Shown piece after piece: positions 32,035 through 41,676 of a DNA stretch of 64,000 nt; within the stretch, counting starts at the first letter, position 1; every line of letters begins with the position of its first letter. The translations under genes and the position numbers were made by a program. Origin of the DNA: an uncultured Acidobacteriota bacterium (lineage in GTDB: Bacteria > Acidobacteriota > Vicinamibacteria > Fen-336); the NCBI GenBank assembly GCA_963720545.1, contig OY970399.1:3347022-3411021 (forward strand), given 5' to 3'. The notes under the pieces were generated by a model. The model was not told the DNA's origin. It made no database searches and was given only the letters and a program-made list of their open reading frames with translations.

Positions 32035-32883
32035 ATGAACGCCTCGCCGAGCGCCATGGTGACGCGCCGCAGCGGCACCAGCTTCTACGCCGCGTTCGTC
32101 ATGCTTCCGCCGGCCAAGCGGCGCGCGCTCGAGGCGCTCTATGCCTTCTGCCGCATCGTCGACGACTGTGTGGACGACGCCCGGGGCGCCGGGGCGCCCG
32201 GTCTCGACCGCTGGAGCGCCGAAGTGGACGCGGCTTTCGCCGGCCGCGACCCGCGCACCGAGATCGGCCGCGCGATCGCGGCGGCGCTGGAACGCTTTCC
32301 CATGCCGCGCGCCAGCTTCCGCGACGTCATCGAGGGCTGCCGAATGGACCTCGCGCCGCGCGCCTACCAGACGTTCGACGACCTGCGCGTCTACTGCGAA
32401 CGGGTCGCGTCGGCGGTGGGCCTCGCCGCCATCGAGATCTTCGGCTACCGCGATCCGCAGACGAAGGAGTATGCGCGCGAGCTGGGTGTGGCGCTGCAGC
32501 TCATCAACATCGTGCGCGACCTCGGCGGCGATGCGCTCGCGGGCCGCGTCTACGTCCCCGGCGACGACCTCGACGCGCAGTTGCTGACGCGCGAAACGTT
32601 TCGCGCGGCGGCATCGGGCAGCGCCCCGCGCACGCCCGCCGTAGACCGAGTGGTCGCGGCACAGGCCGAGCGCGCCCTGAGCCAATACCGGCACGCGCAG
32701 TCGCTGCTGCCGGCCGCCGACCGTCGCAGCATGCTGCCGGCACAGGTGATGGCAGCCACCTATCGCGAGATCCTCGCGCGGCTCGCCGCGCGCGGCTACC
32801 CGTTCGGCGAGCGCCTGCGCCTCAACCGCCTTGCCAAGGCGCGTGTCGCCCTGCGCACTGTCGCGAGCGAGATGTTCGCGTGA
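32035..32883 (+). CDS. hpnD: Presqualene diphosphate synthase HpnD (squalene/phytoene synthase family)
   Basis: SFYAAF motif and Asp-rich motifs (VDDCVDD); directly follows hpnC. Confidence 0.8.
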   Translation: MNASPSAMVTRRSGTSFYAAFVMLPPAKRRALEALYAFCRIVDDCVDDARGAGAPGLDRWSAEVDAAFAGRDPRTEIGRAIAAALERFPMPRASFRDVIEGCRMDLAPRAYQTFDDLRVYCERVASAVGLAAIEIFGYRDPQTKEYARELGVALQLINIVRDLGGDALAGRVYVPGDDLDAQLLTRETFRAAASGSAPRTPAVDRVVAAQAERALSQYRHAQSLLPAADRRSMLPAQVMAATYREILARLAARGYPFGERLRLNRLAKARVALRTVASEMFA

Positions 32884-34331
32884 AGGTGGCGGTGGTCGGC
32901 GCCGGGTTCGCGGGCATGGCCGCTGCCATCGCGCTGCAGGAGGCCGGCCACGAGGTGGTGCTGCTGGAGCGCCGCGGCGTGCTGGGCGGCCGCGCCACCT
33001 CCTATCGCGATGCGCTGTCGGGTGAAGAGGTGGATAACGGCACGCACCTGATGGTCGGCGCCTACACCGCCACGCGCGAGCTCGCGGCCCGCGCCGGGGC
33101 CGCGGACCTCCTCGAACTGCAGCCGAACCTGCGGATCGACTTCATCGACGACGCCGGCCTGCGGACGCTTCGGTGTCCGGCCCTGCCTGCGCCCTTCCAC
33201 CTGCTGGCCGGCCTTTTCTCGTTCGACATCAGCTGGCGCGCCCGCCGTGACGCCGCGCGCCTCGCGTGGGCCGCGCGCTTCGGCAAGCCGCCCGTGGGCC
33301 TGACCGCCGACCAATGGTTCGAGGCGACCGGGCAGGGCGAGGAGATCCGCACCGCGCTGTGGGATCCGCTGGTTCGCGCCATAGTCAATGAGGATACGCA
33401 GTGCGCCGCCGCCATCCTCTTCTACAACGTGTTCCGCGAGACCTTCCTCCGCGGCCGCGCCGCATCGTCGCTGCTGTTCCTCAAGGCAGGCTTCGCCGTG
33501 CTTCACGAGCGGCTCGCCGCGCATTTCGTGGCGCGCGGCGGGGTGCTGCGCCGGCGCGCCACCGCGCTCGCGGTGCAGGCGCGAGACGGGCGCGTTTGCT
33601 CTGTCCTCGTCAGGCAGGGCGCCGCGGGCCGCGCGTCGATCCTGGCCGGCGCCGGCGGCGGCCGGCTGCAGCTCGACGCCGATGCGGTGGTGCTTGCGGT
33701 ACCGCACTCCGCGGTGCGCCGCCTGGTGCCTGAAGAGTTCCGCATCGTCCGGCCGTTCGACCTGCTCGACAGCTTCGGCGGCGCGCCAATCGTCTCGGTG
33801 GACGTCTGGATCGATCGCCTCGCGGTGCCATACCCCATGGTCGGCTTGCGCGACGAAACCTTCGAATGGGTGTTCGACAAGGGTCGCGCGTTCGGCCGCA
33901 GCGGGCTGCCGCAGCACCTCTCGCTCCTCATCAGCGCGGCGCACGACGCCTGCGCGCGCCCCAATGCCGACCTGGTGGCCGGCGCCGAGCATGCGCTGCG
34001 CCGCTACTTCCCCGGGATGAGCGGGGTGCGCATCGAGCGCTCGCTGGTGCTGCGTGAGCCGCTTGCCACCTTCGCCTCACGTCCGCAGCTCGAAGCGCTG
34101 CGGCCGAAGGCGACGACACCCATCGGTGGGCTGTTCCTGGCCGGCGACTGGACGGCAACCGGGCTGCCGGCAACGATCGAGGGCGCCGTGCGCAGCGGCA
34201 TCGAAGCCGCGCGACAGGCGTGCGCCTGGGAGCAGCAACTCGCATCACCATCAAGCAAGGAGAACGCCGCATGGACATGGAGCCAGGAAGCCGAATCCGC
34301 ACCCGCAGCCGGAGCCGAGCGCTCGGCGTGA
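32880..34331 (+). CDS. hpnE: Hydroxysqualene dehydroxylase HpnE (FAD-dependent amine-oxidase fold)
   Basis: N-terminal FAD motif VAVVGAGFAGMAAA; 4-bp overlap with the hpnD stop. Confidence 0.8.
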   Translation: MKVAVVGAGFAGMAAAIALQEAGHEVVLLERRGVLGGRATSYRDALSGEEVDNGTHLMVGAYTATRELAARAGAADLLELQPNLRIDFIDDAGLRTLRCPALPAPFHLLAGLFSFDISWRARRDAARLAWAARFGKPPVGLTADQWFEATGQGEEIRTALWDPLVRAIVNEDTQCAAAILFYNVFRETFLRGRAASSLLFLKAGFAVLHERLAAHFVARGGVLRRRATALAVQARDGRVCSVLVRQGAAGRASILAGAGGGRLQLDADAVVLAVPHSAVRRLVPEEFRIVRPFDLLDSFGGAPIVSVDVWIDRLAVPYPMVGLRDETFEWVFDKGRAFGRSGLPQHLSLLISAAHDACARPNADLVAGAEHALRRYFPGMSGVRIERSLVLREPLATFASRPQLEALRPKATTPIGGLFLAGDWTATGLPATIEGAVRSGIEAARQACAWEQQLASPSSKENAAWTWSQEAESAPAAGAERSA

Positions 34332-35968
34332 TGTTCCTCGCCGCCGCGGCCGCCGGCACGGCGCAGGGCGGCGACCGCGAGCAGGGCCGCTCGCTGGTGA
34401 TGAGCAAGGGCGGCATCGTCGCGAGCGAGCACCCGCTCGCGTCGCAGGCAGGTGCCGCGATCCTGGCGAACGGCGGCAACGCCATCGACGCGGCGGTCGC
34501 GGCGAACGCTGTGATGGGCCTGGTGGCGCCAATGAGCAACGGCATCGGCGGCGACCTGTTCGCGATCGTCTACGACGCGAAGACGAAGAAGACCTACGGC
34601 CTGAACGCGAGCGGCTGGGCGCCGAAGGGGCAGTCGCGCGATCGCCTCGCGGCGGCGGGCCACAAGGAAATGCCCGCGGACGGGATCGAGACGGTGACGG
34701 TGCCGGGCGCGGTGGACGGCTGGAGCAAGCTGCTGGCGCGCTTCGGCACGCAGCCGCTCGCCGCGGTGCTGGCGCCGGCGATCCGCATTGCCGACGACGG
34801 GTTCCCGGTGAGCGAGTGGGTGGCCGCGAACTGGCAAGGCCACGACAAGATCCTCAAAGGCAACGCCCTTGCGTTGTACGTGCCGGGTGGCAAGGTGCCA
34901 GGCGTCGGCGACGTGTTTCGCAACCCCGACCTCGCGAACTCGCTGCGCGCCATCGCGAAGGGCGGCCGCGATGCCTACTACAAGGGCGCCATCGCGCAGG
35001 CGATCGTCGCCGAGTCGCAGGCGCACCACGGCACCATGGACGCGGCCGACCTCGCCGAGTACGAGAGCGAGTGGGTGGAGCCGATCAGCACCACGTACCG
35101 CGGCTGGACCGTTTACGAGATTCCGCCGAACACGCAGGGCATTGCAGCTCTCGTGATGCTCAACATGATGGAAGGCATGCCGCTTGCGCAGTGGGGGCAC
35201 AACTCCGCGCGCACGCTGCACAACCTCATCGAAGCGAAGAAGCTCGCGTACGCCGACATGATCCGCTACGTCGGCGATCCGCGAATGGCGGCAGTGCCAT
35301 CCGCCGGGCTGCTTTCCAAGGAGTACGCGGCGGGCCGCGCCAGACTCATCGACCCGGCGAAGGCGGCGGCAGCCGCGACCGCCGGCAGCGTGCGCGTCGG
35401 CAACGACACGATCTACCTCGCCACCGTGGACGGCGCCGGCAACATGGTGTCGCTGATCCAGAGCAACTACGAGAGCTACGGCTTTGGCTCAGGTCTGGTG
35501 GCGGCCGGCACCGGCTTCTGCCTGCACAACCGCGGCGCCTTGTTCACGCTCGACGCGCACAGCCCGAACGTGATCGCACCGCGCAAGCGGCCGCTGCACA
35601 CCATCATTCCCGCGATGATGGAACGCGGCGAGGAGCGCATCGGCTTCGGCATCATGGGCGGCTACAACCAGGCACAGGCGCACGCGCAGTTCGTCTCGAA
35701 CATCGTCGACCATGGCATGAACATCCAGGCGGCGATGGAAGCGGCGCGCTTCAACAAGTCCACGTTCGATGGGCTCGACGTGCAGATCGAGGACCGCGTC
35801 GCGCCTGAAGCGAAGGCCGAGCTCACACGCCTCGGCCACCAGATCACGTGGCGCCACGGCTTCTCCTCGAACATGGGCGGCGGCCAGGCGGTGATGCGCA
35901 ACTACAAGACCGGCGTCAACTCCGGCGCCTCCGACCCCCGCAAAGACGGCGCCGCCATCCCCCAGTAA
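34271..35968 (+). CDS. ggt: Gamma-glutamyltransferase, secreted
   Basis: GGT family motifs and autoprocessing-site region (TIYLATVDGAGNMVS); start chosen at ATG 34271 to include an Arg-rich signal peptide, which puts 61 bp inside the hpnE 3' end; alternative start ATG 34331. Confidence 0.8.
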   Translation: MDMEPGSRIRTRSRSRALGVMFLAAAAAGTAQGGDREQGRSLVMSKGGIVASEHPLASQAGAAILANGGNAIDAAVAANAVMGLVAPMSNGIGGDLFAIVYDAKTKKTYGLNASGWAPKGQSRDRLAAAGHKEMPADGIETVTVPGAVDGWSKLLARFGTQPLAAVLAPAIRIADDGFPVSEWVAANWQGHDKILKGNALALYVPGGKVPGVGDVFRNPDLANSLRAIAKGGRDAYYKGAIAQAIVAESQAHHGTMDAADLAEYESEWVEPISTTYRGWTVYEIPPNTQGIAALVMLNMMEGMPLAQWGHNSARTLHNLIEAKKLAYADMIRYVGDPRMAAVPSAGLLSKEYAAGRARLIDPAKAAAAATAGSVRVGNDTIYLATVDGAGNMVSLIQSNYESYGFGSGLVAAGTGFCLHNRGALFTLDAHSPNVIAPRKRPLHTIIPAMMERGEERIGFGIMGGYNQAQAHAQFVSNIVDHGMNIQAAMEAARFNKSTFDGLDVQIEDRVAPEAKAELTRLGHQITWRHGFSSNMGGGQAVMRNYKTGVNSGASDPRKDGAAIPQ

Positions 35969-36084
35969 TCGACGGATTGGCTTGTCCGTCCCCGTCCAAT
36001 CCGTCGATTTCCTGCTTGAGGTGTCGCACGGTGCAGCGAAAGTTCCCTCGGTCGCAGCGCAAGCGTTGAGCTCCTCGGGAAAAC
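35968..36084 (+). repeat. Repeat element copy 2: hairpin (35968-36008) plus module GCAGCGCAAGCGTT...CTCCTCGGGAAAAC (36054-36084)
   Basis: Same 13-bp arms as copy 1; the first base is shared with the ggt stop codon; the second module matches 19562-19591. Confidence 0.85.
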
Positions 36085-36086
36085 GG

Positions 36087-36953
36087 TTAGTCGATGCGGG
36101 CGACTCCGGGGGCGGTGGCGGGGAAGCGGTCGAAGATTGCGGGGTCGTGGCCGGGAACGATCCGGCGCCGGTCCTCGACGAGCTTCCCCATCCGGCTCTG
36201 CGCTTCCAGGTTGGCGGCGGCATCGAAGGTCTCGCCGATCGCGAGGTGGTTTTCCAGATTCTCGTAGAGATACGCGTTGTCGGAAGCGATCAGGACCGGG
36301 CCGACACGCGTGCCGACGGTCGCGTACTGGGAGGCGAAGGTGTGCCGCCCGCCGGTGTACACGCGGATCCCCGGGATGATCTCCTTGTCGTCGCCGTCCA
36401 CGAGCGTCACGCGCCCCGCGGCGCTGAGCTTCGCGAGCATCGCGGCGTCCACGGCCGACATGTCGTCGTGCAGCGCTTCGCCCTTTGCGCCGACGTAGTA
36501 CTCGTACTCGGCGCGCTGGATCCAGATGTGCGCGTTCGGGAACAGGTCGGCGCCGTCGAGATGGTCCCAATGCACGTGCGAGACGATGATGTCGGTGACG
36601 GCCTCCGGCGCAATTCCCGCGGCCGCAACGGCGTCGGACGGCTTGCGATAGTCGGCGGGTTTCCACGCCTTCATGAACTCGTCGCGGTAGAAGCCGGCGT
36701 CCACCAGCACGTTGCGCTTCTCCGGACCCTTCAGCAGCCACACCATCATCGCGCCGTCGCTCTTGCGGCTCGGGTCGGCGCCCGCCACGAGCTCGGAGGT
36801 CGGGAACCCGAGCAGCATGCCGTAGCGAACCGCGTACACCTCGTAGACAGGCGGAGCCGCCGCCACGGGCTGGGCGGCGGGCCGCTGCGCTTTGCAGGCT
36901 GGGAGCAGGGCGAATGCTAGCGGCAAGGCGAACACGAGGGTGGTCTTGGGCAT
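36087..36953 (-). CDS. MBL-fold metallo-hydrolase lipoprotein
   Basis: Lipobox LLPAC; metallo-beta-lactamase motif HVHWDH; start taken at ATG 36953. Confidence 0.75.
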   Translation of the reverse strand: MPKTTLVFALPLAFALLPACKAQRPAAQPVAAAPPVYEVYAVRYGMLLGFPTSELVAGADPSRKSDGAMMVWLLKGPEKRNVLVDAGFYRDEFMKAWKPADYRKPSDAVAAAGIAPEAVTDIIVSHVHWDHLDGADLFPNAHIWIQRAEYEYYVGAKGEALHDDMSAVDAAMLAKLSAAGRVTLVDGDDKEIIPGIRVYTGGRHTFASQYATVGTRVGPVLIASDNAYLYENLENHLAIGETFDAAANLEAQSRMGKLVEDRRRIVPGHDPAIFDRFPATAPGVARID

Positions 36954-36970
36954 GCGGGAGTTTAGACAAA

Positions 36971-37056
36971 GGAACGGACGCTGACGCAAGCGCCTGGGGG
37001 GACGACAAGAACGGCAATCGACGGATTGGACGGGGACGGAGAGCCAATCCGTCGAT
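36971..37056 (-). repeat. Repeat element copy 3 (reverse orientation): hairpin 37017-37056 plus 28-nt module 36971-36998
   Basis: Hairpin ends 6 nt after the def stop on the minus strand; the module is the exact reverse complement of 19346-19373. Confidence 0.85.
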
Positions 37057-37061
37057 GACAG

Positions 37062-37583
37062 TTACACGAACCGTTCGAATTCGTTGAGGAACGCGAGCGA
37101 GCGCATATCGCGCATGCGGTCGAGGTAGACGCTGCCGTCGAGGTGGTCGCACTCGTGCTGGATGACGCGGGCGAAGAAGGTGTCGGTTTCGACGACGTAC
37201 TTCCTGCCCTTGCGGTCGCGGGCTTCCATGCGCACCTTGCGGAAGCGGGGGACGACGCCGCGCAGGTCGGGGATCGACAAACAGCCTTCGAAACCGTCCA
37301 GCAGTTCGTCGCCGACCGCGGTCACCACCGGGTTGATGAGCACGGTCAGGGGCACCGCGTCCTCGGCACGCTCGTCACTCGCGTCGACCTCGATGACTGC
37401 GAGGCGCAAGCCCTCGTGAACCTGCGGCCCGGCGAGGCCGACGCCTTCGTATTCGTGCATGGTCTCGACCATGTCGTCGATGAGGCGCTGGATGCGCGGC
37501 GTGCGGATCTCGTCCACTTCCAGGTTGCGCGCCGCCTTGCGGATGACGGGATGGCCGATGCGAGCGACTTTCAGGATCGCCAA
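37062..37583 (-). CDS. def: Peptide deformylase
   Basis: TTG start preceded by AAGGAG gives MAILKVARIGHPVIRK; motifs GVGLAGPQV, EGCLSIP, HECDHLDG. Confidence 0.85.
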   Translation of the reverse strand: MAILKVARIGHPVIRKAARNLEVDEIRTPRIQRLIDDMVETMHEYEGVGLAGPQVHEGLRLAVIEVDASDERAEDAVPLTVLINPVVTAVGDELLDGFEGCLSIPDLRGVVPRFRKVRMEARDRKGRKYVVETDTFFARVIQHECDHLDGSVYLDRMRDMRSLAFLNEFERFV

Positions 37584-37596
37584 AGGCAGCTCCTTG

Positions 37597-38286
37597 CTAG
37601 TGGTCCCTGATGAAGCGGGCGAGGCCCGCGAGGTCGGTGACGCGCGCATACGGACGGCGTCGCGGCGCGCGGTGCGCGCCGCGGTCGAGCCATACGAAGC
37701 GCACGCCGGCGCCGTGCGCGGCGTCGCCGTCGGTCGTCGGGTTGTCGCCGATGAAGATCGCATCCGCGGCGCGCGCGCCGATGCGTCGCAGCGCCTCGAT
37801 GACGATGCGCGGGTCGGGCTTGGTGAAGCCGCAGCCTTCCGAGGTGACGACGGTGTGGAAGCGGTCGCGCAGCCCGGCGAGGCGCAGCCGCGAGCGCTGC
37901 ACGCGGTCGATGCCGTTGGTGACGATCGCGAGGCGATGCCGCTTCGCCGCCACGGCCAGCACCCGCAGGCAGCCCGGCAGCATGTCGGCGCGCGCCGCCA
38001 GCGAGGTGAGGTAGACGCGCGAAAAACGGCGGGCGAGCCGCGGCTCGCGGCCGAGCGCGACCGCAAGGCGGCGGAAGCGTTCGTGCGACAGCTCGGCCTG
38101 GCCGATGCGGCCCTTCTCGTACTCGCGCCAGATCACGGCGTTGATGGCGCGATAGGCCGCGAGCGCGCGCGGGCCGAAGGGGATGCCCATGGCGCGAAAC
38201 GCCTCTGCCAGCGCAAGCCGCTGGGAGCGCTCGAAGTCGAAGAGCGTCTCGTCGAGGTCGAAGAGGAGGGCGGAACGCGGCGCCAA
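37597..38286 (-). CDS. HAD-superfamily hydrolase
   Basis: Motif I LLFDLDETLFD; HAD-like C-terminal motifs (FIGDNPTTD). Confidence 0.7.
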   Translation of the reverse strand: MAPRSALLFDLDETLFDFERSQRLALAEAFRAMGIPFGPRALAAYRAINAVIWREYEKGRIGQAELSHERFRRLAVALGREPRLARRFSRVYLTSLAARADMLPGCLRVLAVAAKRHRLAIVTNGIDRVQRSRLRLAGLRDRFHTVVTSEGCGFTKPDPRIVIEALRRIGARAADAIFIGDNPTTDGDAAHGAGVRFVWLDRGAHRAPRRRPYARVTDLAGLARFIRDH

Positions 38287-38290
38287 GGGG

Positions 38291-38509
38291 CTACTTGGCG
38301 CGGTAGGTGATGAGGCCGCGCTTCAGGTCGTAAGGGGAGACGCTGACGGTCACCCGGTCGCCGGCGATGACGCGGATGCGGAACTGCCGCATCTTGCCGT
38401 TCAGCCGTGCGAGCACTTCATGGTTCTCGCCGCACTTGATCTTGTAGTTGCCGCCCGCGAGAACTTCCGACACGACGCCTTGCAGCTCGATGAGGTCGTC
38501 TTTGGCCAA
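38291..38509 (-). CDS. infA: Translation initiation factor IF-1
   Basis: 72 aa, S1-like fold, near-canonical IF-1 sequence. Confidence 0.9.
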   Translation of the reverse strand: MAKDDLIELQGVVSEVLAGGNYKIKCGENHEVLARLNGKMRQFRIRVIAGDRVTVSVSPYDLKRGLITYRAK

Positions 38510-38565
38510 TCGACTCCTTTGCCGTTAACTGCAGGGGATAGTAGCAGGAACGCCCCGGGCCTGCC

Positions 38566-39405
38566 TCACTTGCCGGTCTTGCGGAAGTCGACGAAGCCCT
38601 TGCGGGTCTCGGGCTGGCAGTTGGGGCAGAAGTACGCGTCCATGCCCGCAACCCCCGCCACGCGCAGCCGGGCTCCGCACGTGGGACAGACCTCCTTCAG
38701 GCGCACCTTGAGGAAGTCGCGAACCTTGACTTCGGTGGGTTCGCCGCGGCGCGCCACTTCCGCAACCGCTTCGCGCATCACCGAAACGATCGCCGTATGC
38801 AGCCGCTCGGCGTCGGCTGGTTGCAGCGAGCGGCACCAGGTCTTGGGATGGATGCCCGCCGCGAACAGGATCTCGTCCGCGTAGGCGTTGCCGATGCTGT
38901 CGAGGGCGCGCTTGTCGAGCAGGAACACGCGCACCTGGTCGCGGCGGTGTTGCAGCAGGCTCTGCAGCCGCTCGCGCGTGAACGCCGGCGAGAGGATGTC
39001 GACGCCGCCCGTCTTCATTCCGGGGATCGCGTTCCAGTCGTCCTGGGCGATGAGGTATGCCTTGCCCATCGACTTGTCGTCGAGATAACGCAGCTCGTCG
39101 CGTCCCGCGCCGAAGCCGAGCGCGAACCCAAGCGACTTCTCGTCCCTGGCATCGGGCGGCGACAGGCGGAAGCGGCCCGCGAGCATCGGGTTCACGGCGA
39201 GGTCGAGCCCCGCGAAGCGCAGCACAACGAAGTGCGAGCGCCGCGAGACCGACTCGAGCGTGCGGCCAAGGAGCAGCGACAGGTTGCCGCGCACGGTGAA
39301 GCGCATGATGACGGGGCTTCGCACCCGCTCGCTTTGCACCACCGCTCCGCGCAGCGCTCCGTCGAGCCGCGCGACGATGTGCAGCAGGTCGGGCAGTTCG
39401 GGCAC
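38566..39405 (-). CDS. Formamidopyrimidine-DNA glycosylase / endonuclease VIII family (Fpg/Nei)
   Basis: N-terminal MPELPD (catalytic Pro2/Glu3); C-terminal zinc finger CPTCG...CPNC. Confidence 0.8.
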   Translation of the reverse strand: MPELPDLLHIVARLDGALRGAVVQSERVRSPVIMRFTVRGNLSLLLGRTLESVSRRSHFVVLRFAGLDLAVNPMLAGRFRLSPPDARDEKSLGFALGFGAGRDELRYLDDKSMGKAYLIAQDDWNAIPGMKTGGVDILSPAFTRERLQSLLQHRRDQVRVFLLDKRALDSIGNAYADEILFAAGIHPKTWCRSLQPADAERLHTAIVSVMREAVAEVARRGEPTEVKVRDFLKVRLKEVCPTCGARLRVAGVAGMDAYFCPNCQPETRKGFVDFRKTGK

Positions 39406-39407
39406 GA

Positions 39408-40631
39408 CTAGACTTTATCGGCTCCGCTGGCCCGTGGCAGGTACGTTTCGAGCACCGCCTCGATGGCGCGCTGTTCGGGCGAATCCTTGTCGAAGGGGCG
39501 GAACGGTGTTGCGGCGATCGGGCAGGAGCCCGCGTCGAGATGCCGCGTCACCAGCGCCGCGAAGCGCGCCAGCGCCCCCGTCACCAGCGCCGCATCGGTG
39601 CGGCCGTGGGCGCAGTAGCCGTGGCCGCGCATGAACCCGGCGATCTCGTGGACGTTCGCGATTTCGCTGGCGCGCACGGTGCCCGCTTCCAGCCGCGCGA
39701 TGAGCGCCGCCATGTTGGTTGCGCCCACGCTGCAAGGCGGGCACTGGCCGCACGACTCGCGCGCGAAGAAGTCCGCGGCCGACGACACCACCGACAACGG
39801 GCACGCCTGTTCGCACACCACCAGGACCGACGCGGTGCCGAGCGACGAGCCGCGTTCGCGCAACGCCTCGGGCTCGAGCGGCGTGTCGAGGTCGTTGGCG
39901 TCGAGCGGCGCCGCCGACGGTCCGCCCGGGAACACGGCAACCACGACGCCGGTGGCGCCGCCGCCCCAGTCCTCGATCAGCTCGCGCAGCTTGGTGCCGA
40001 GCGGCACGTCATAGACCCCGGGGCGCTTGACGTGGCCCCACAGCGAAACCAGCGTCGACTCCTCGTTGATGAACGCTTCCGGATCGGCGAGGGCGCGCGG
40101 CACGTAGCTGAGCGTCTCGACGTTCTGCACCAACGTCGGCCGTCCGGAGACGCCGGCAGCCGAGGGCAGCGGCGGCTTGGCGCGCGGCCAGGCCTTGTTG
40201 CCCGAGAGCCACTCGCTGACGGCCGTTTCCTCACCGCCGACGTAGGAGTCGTCGCCGCGGCGCACCGTGATCGCGACGCCAGCCGTGTCGATGCGCTCGA
40301 GTTGCTTCACGAGGTTCGCCTCGAGCGCCACGAACGAGCCCTTCAGGTAGACGACCGCCTCACGCGCGCCAATCGCCTTGGCGGCGGCCAGGATGCCGTC
40401 GCACACGTCCTTGAAGCGGGTCAGAAGGATGAAGCGGTCCTTGATCGAGCCGGGCTCGCCTTCGGCGCCGTTTGCCACCACCAGCGCGTCGCCGTCCTCG
40501 GCGAGCACCGCCTGCCACTTGCGCCAGGCAGGAAACCAGCCGCCGCCGCGGCCGCGCAAGGCCGACGACGCGATCCTGTCGATCGCGGCGAAGGGGGTCT
40601 TCTTCGGCGCGCCGCCTGAGGGTTCTGGCAC
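39408..40631 (-). CDS. NuoF-like NADH-binding FMN/4Fe-4S flavoprotein (stand-alone complex I 51-kDa subunit homolog)
   Basis: Motifs [31 protein letters not shown]; no other nuo genes in the window. Confidence 0.7.
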   Translation of the reverse strand: MPEPSGGAPKKTPFAAIDRIASSALRGRGGGWFPAWRKWQAVLAEDGDALVVANGAEGEPGSIKDRFILLTRFKDVCDGILAAAKAIGAREAVVYLKGSFVALEANLVKQLERIDTAGVAITVRRGDDSYVGGEETAVSEWLSGNKAWPRAKPPLPSAAGVSGRPTLVQNVETLSYVPRALADPEAFINEESTLVSLWGHVKRPGVYDVPLGTKLRELIEDWGGGATGVVVAVFPGGPSAAPLDANDLDTPLEPEALRERGSSLGTASVLVVCEQACPLSVVSSAADFFARESCGQCPPCSVGATNMAALIARLEAGTVRASEIANVHEIAGFMRGHGYCAHGRTDAALVTGALARFAALVTRHLDAGSCPIAATPFRPFDKDSPEQRAIEAVLETYLPRASGADKV

Positions 40632-40770
40632 GTTCGTTCCGGCGAGGATTATAGGGGAATCCCCTCATTCCACGGTGTTGGCGGGCATACGTCCGCATGC
40701 GGCGCTGCGCTATACTCGATGGGCGGCGCCGGACAGTCTCGTAAGGCTTCGCAGAGCGGGGTCAATCGAA

Positions 40771-41133
40771 ATGATTCAGATTACGGACAATGCCTTGTCG
40801 AAGGTCAAGGGGATCCTCGAGCAGGAAAAGGACTCCATGCCCGGCGGCGGCCTGCGCATCTACGTGCAGGGCGGCGGCTGCTCCGGCTTTCAGTACGGCA
40901 TGGTCCTGGACGAGGTCGCGGAAGGCGACCAGGTGTTCGACAAGGACGGCATCAAGGTCATCGTCGACGCCATGAGCGCGCGCTATCTCGAGGGCGCCGA
41001 GGTGGACTACAAGGACGATCTGATGGGCGGCGGGTTCGCCATCAAGAACCCGAACGCGGTTTCCACTTGCGGCTGCGGGCACTCGTTCCAGACCGCCGAC
41101 GGCGGCGGCACGCAGGGCGGCCACCAGCACTGA
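40771..41133 (+). CDS. Iron-sulfur cluster insertion protein (IscA/ErpA/HesB family)
   Basis: 120 aa from ATG 40771; motifs GGGCSGFQY and CGCGHSF. Confidence 0.8.
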   Translation: MIQITDNALSKVKGILEQEKDSMPGGGLRIYVQGGGCSGFQYGMVLDEVAEGDQVFDKDGIKVIVDAMSARYLEGAEVDYKDDLMGGGFAIKNPNAVSTCGCGHSFQTADGGGTQGGHQH

Positions 41134-41165
41134 GGTCTTTGGACAACCCGGAGACGAACGCCAAA

Positions 41166-41654
41166 ATGACCGCGAGCGAAGCGCTGGGGGAAGTAGATGC
41201 CGTGCCGCAGCAAGGGCTGAGGACGTTCCGGGTCATCAACGACACCGTGCGCCTCGTCACCGACAAGCGGCTCGAGCTCTACAACCTCACCGAGCGCGTC
41301 GGCGAGATCATCAAGAAGCACGACATCAAGGAAGGCCTGGTGTTGTTCTCGTCGCTGCACACGACGCTCGCTCTCTTCGTCAACGAGTGGCAGTCGGCGC
41401 TGCTGCACGACATGAAGTTCATGCTCAACAAGGTCGTGAGCCCGGGCGAGGAATACCGCCACAACGACCCCGAGCAATCCGACTGCGACCGCAAGAACGC
41501 GCATTCGCACCTGCAGGCAACCCTGCTCAACCACGCGGTGCAGTTTCCGGTGGCCGCCGGCAAGCTCGTCATCGGGCAGTTCCAGGCCATCATCGCCGCT
41601 GAGCTCGACGGGCCGCGCCACCGCGACCTCGCCGTCCAGATCATCGGCCGCTAG
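41166..41654 (+). CDS. YjbQ family protein (UPF0047)
   Basis: 162 aa from ATG 41166; family-typical length and core (FVNEWQSALLHDM...HSHLQATLL). Confidence 0.7.
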   Translation: MTASEALGEVDAVPQQGLRTFRVINDTVRLVTDKRLELYNLTERVGEIIKKHDIKEGLVLFSSLHTTLALFVNEWQSALLHDMKFMLNKVVSPGEEYRHNDPEQSDCDRKNAHSHLQATLLNHAVQFPVAAGKLVIGQFQAIIAAELDGPRHRDLAVQIIGR

Positions 41655-41676
41655 CCACCCGCAACCGCCTCGCGCG

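Noticed and set aside
40632-40770. Possible tRNA or regulatory RNA in the 139-bp gap between the NuoF-like gene and the IscA-family gene
   Set aside because: It contains a short AGGGGAATCCCCT palindrome and a TATACT hexamer but no tRNA-like structure or convincing promoter spacing; left unannotated.
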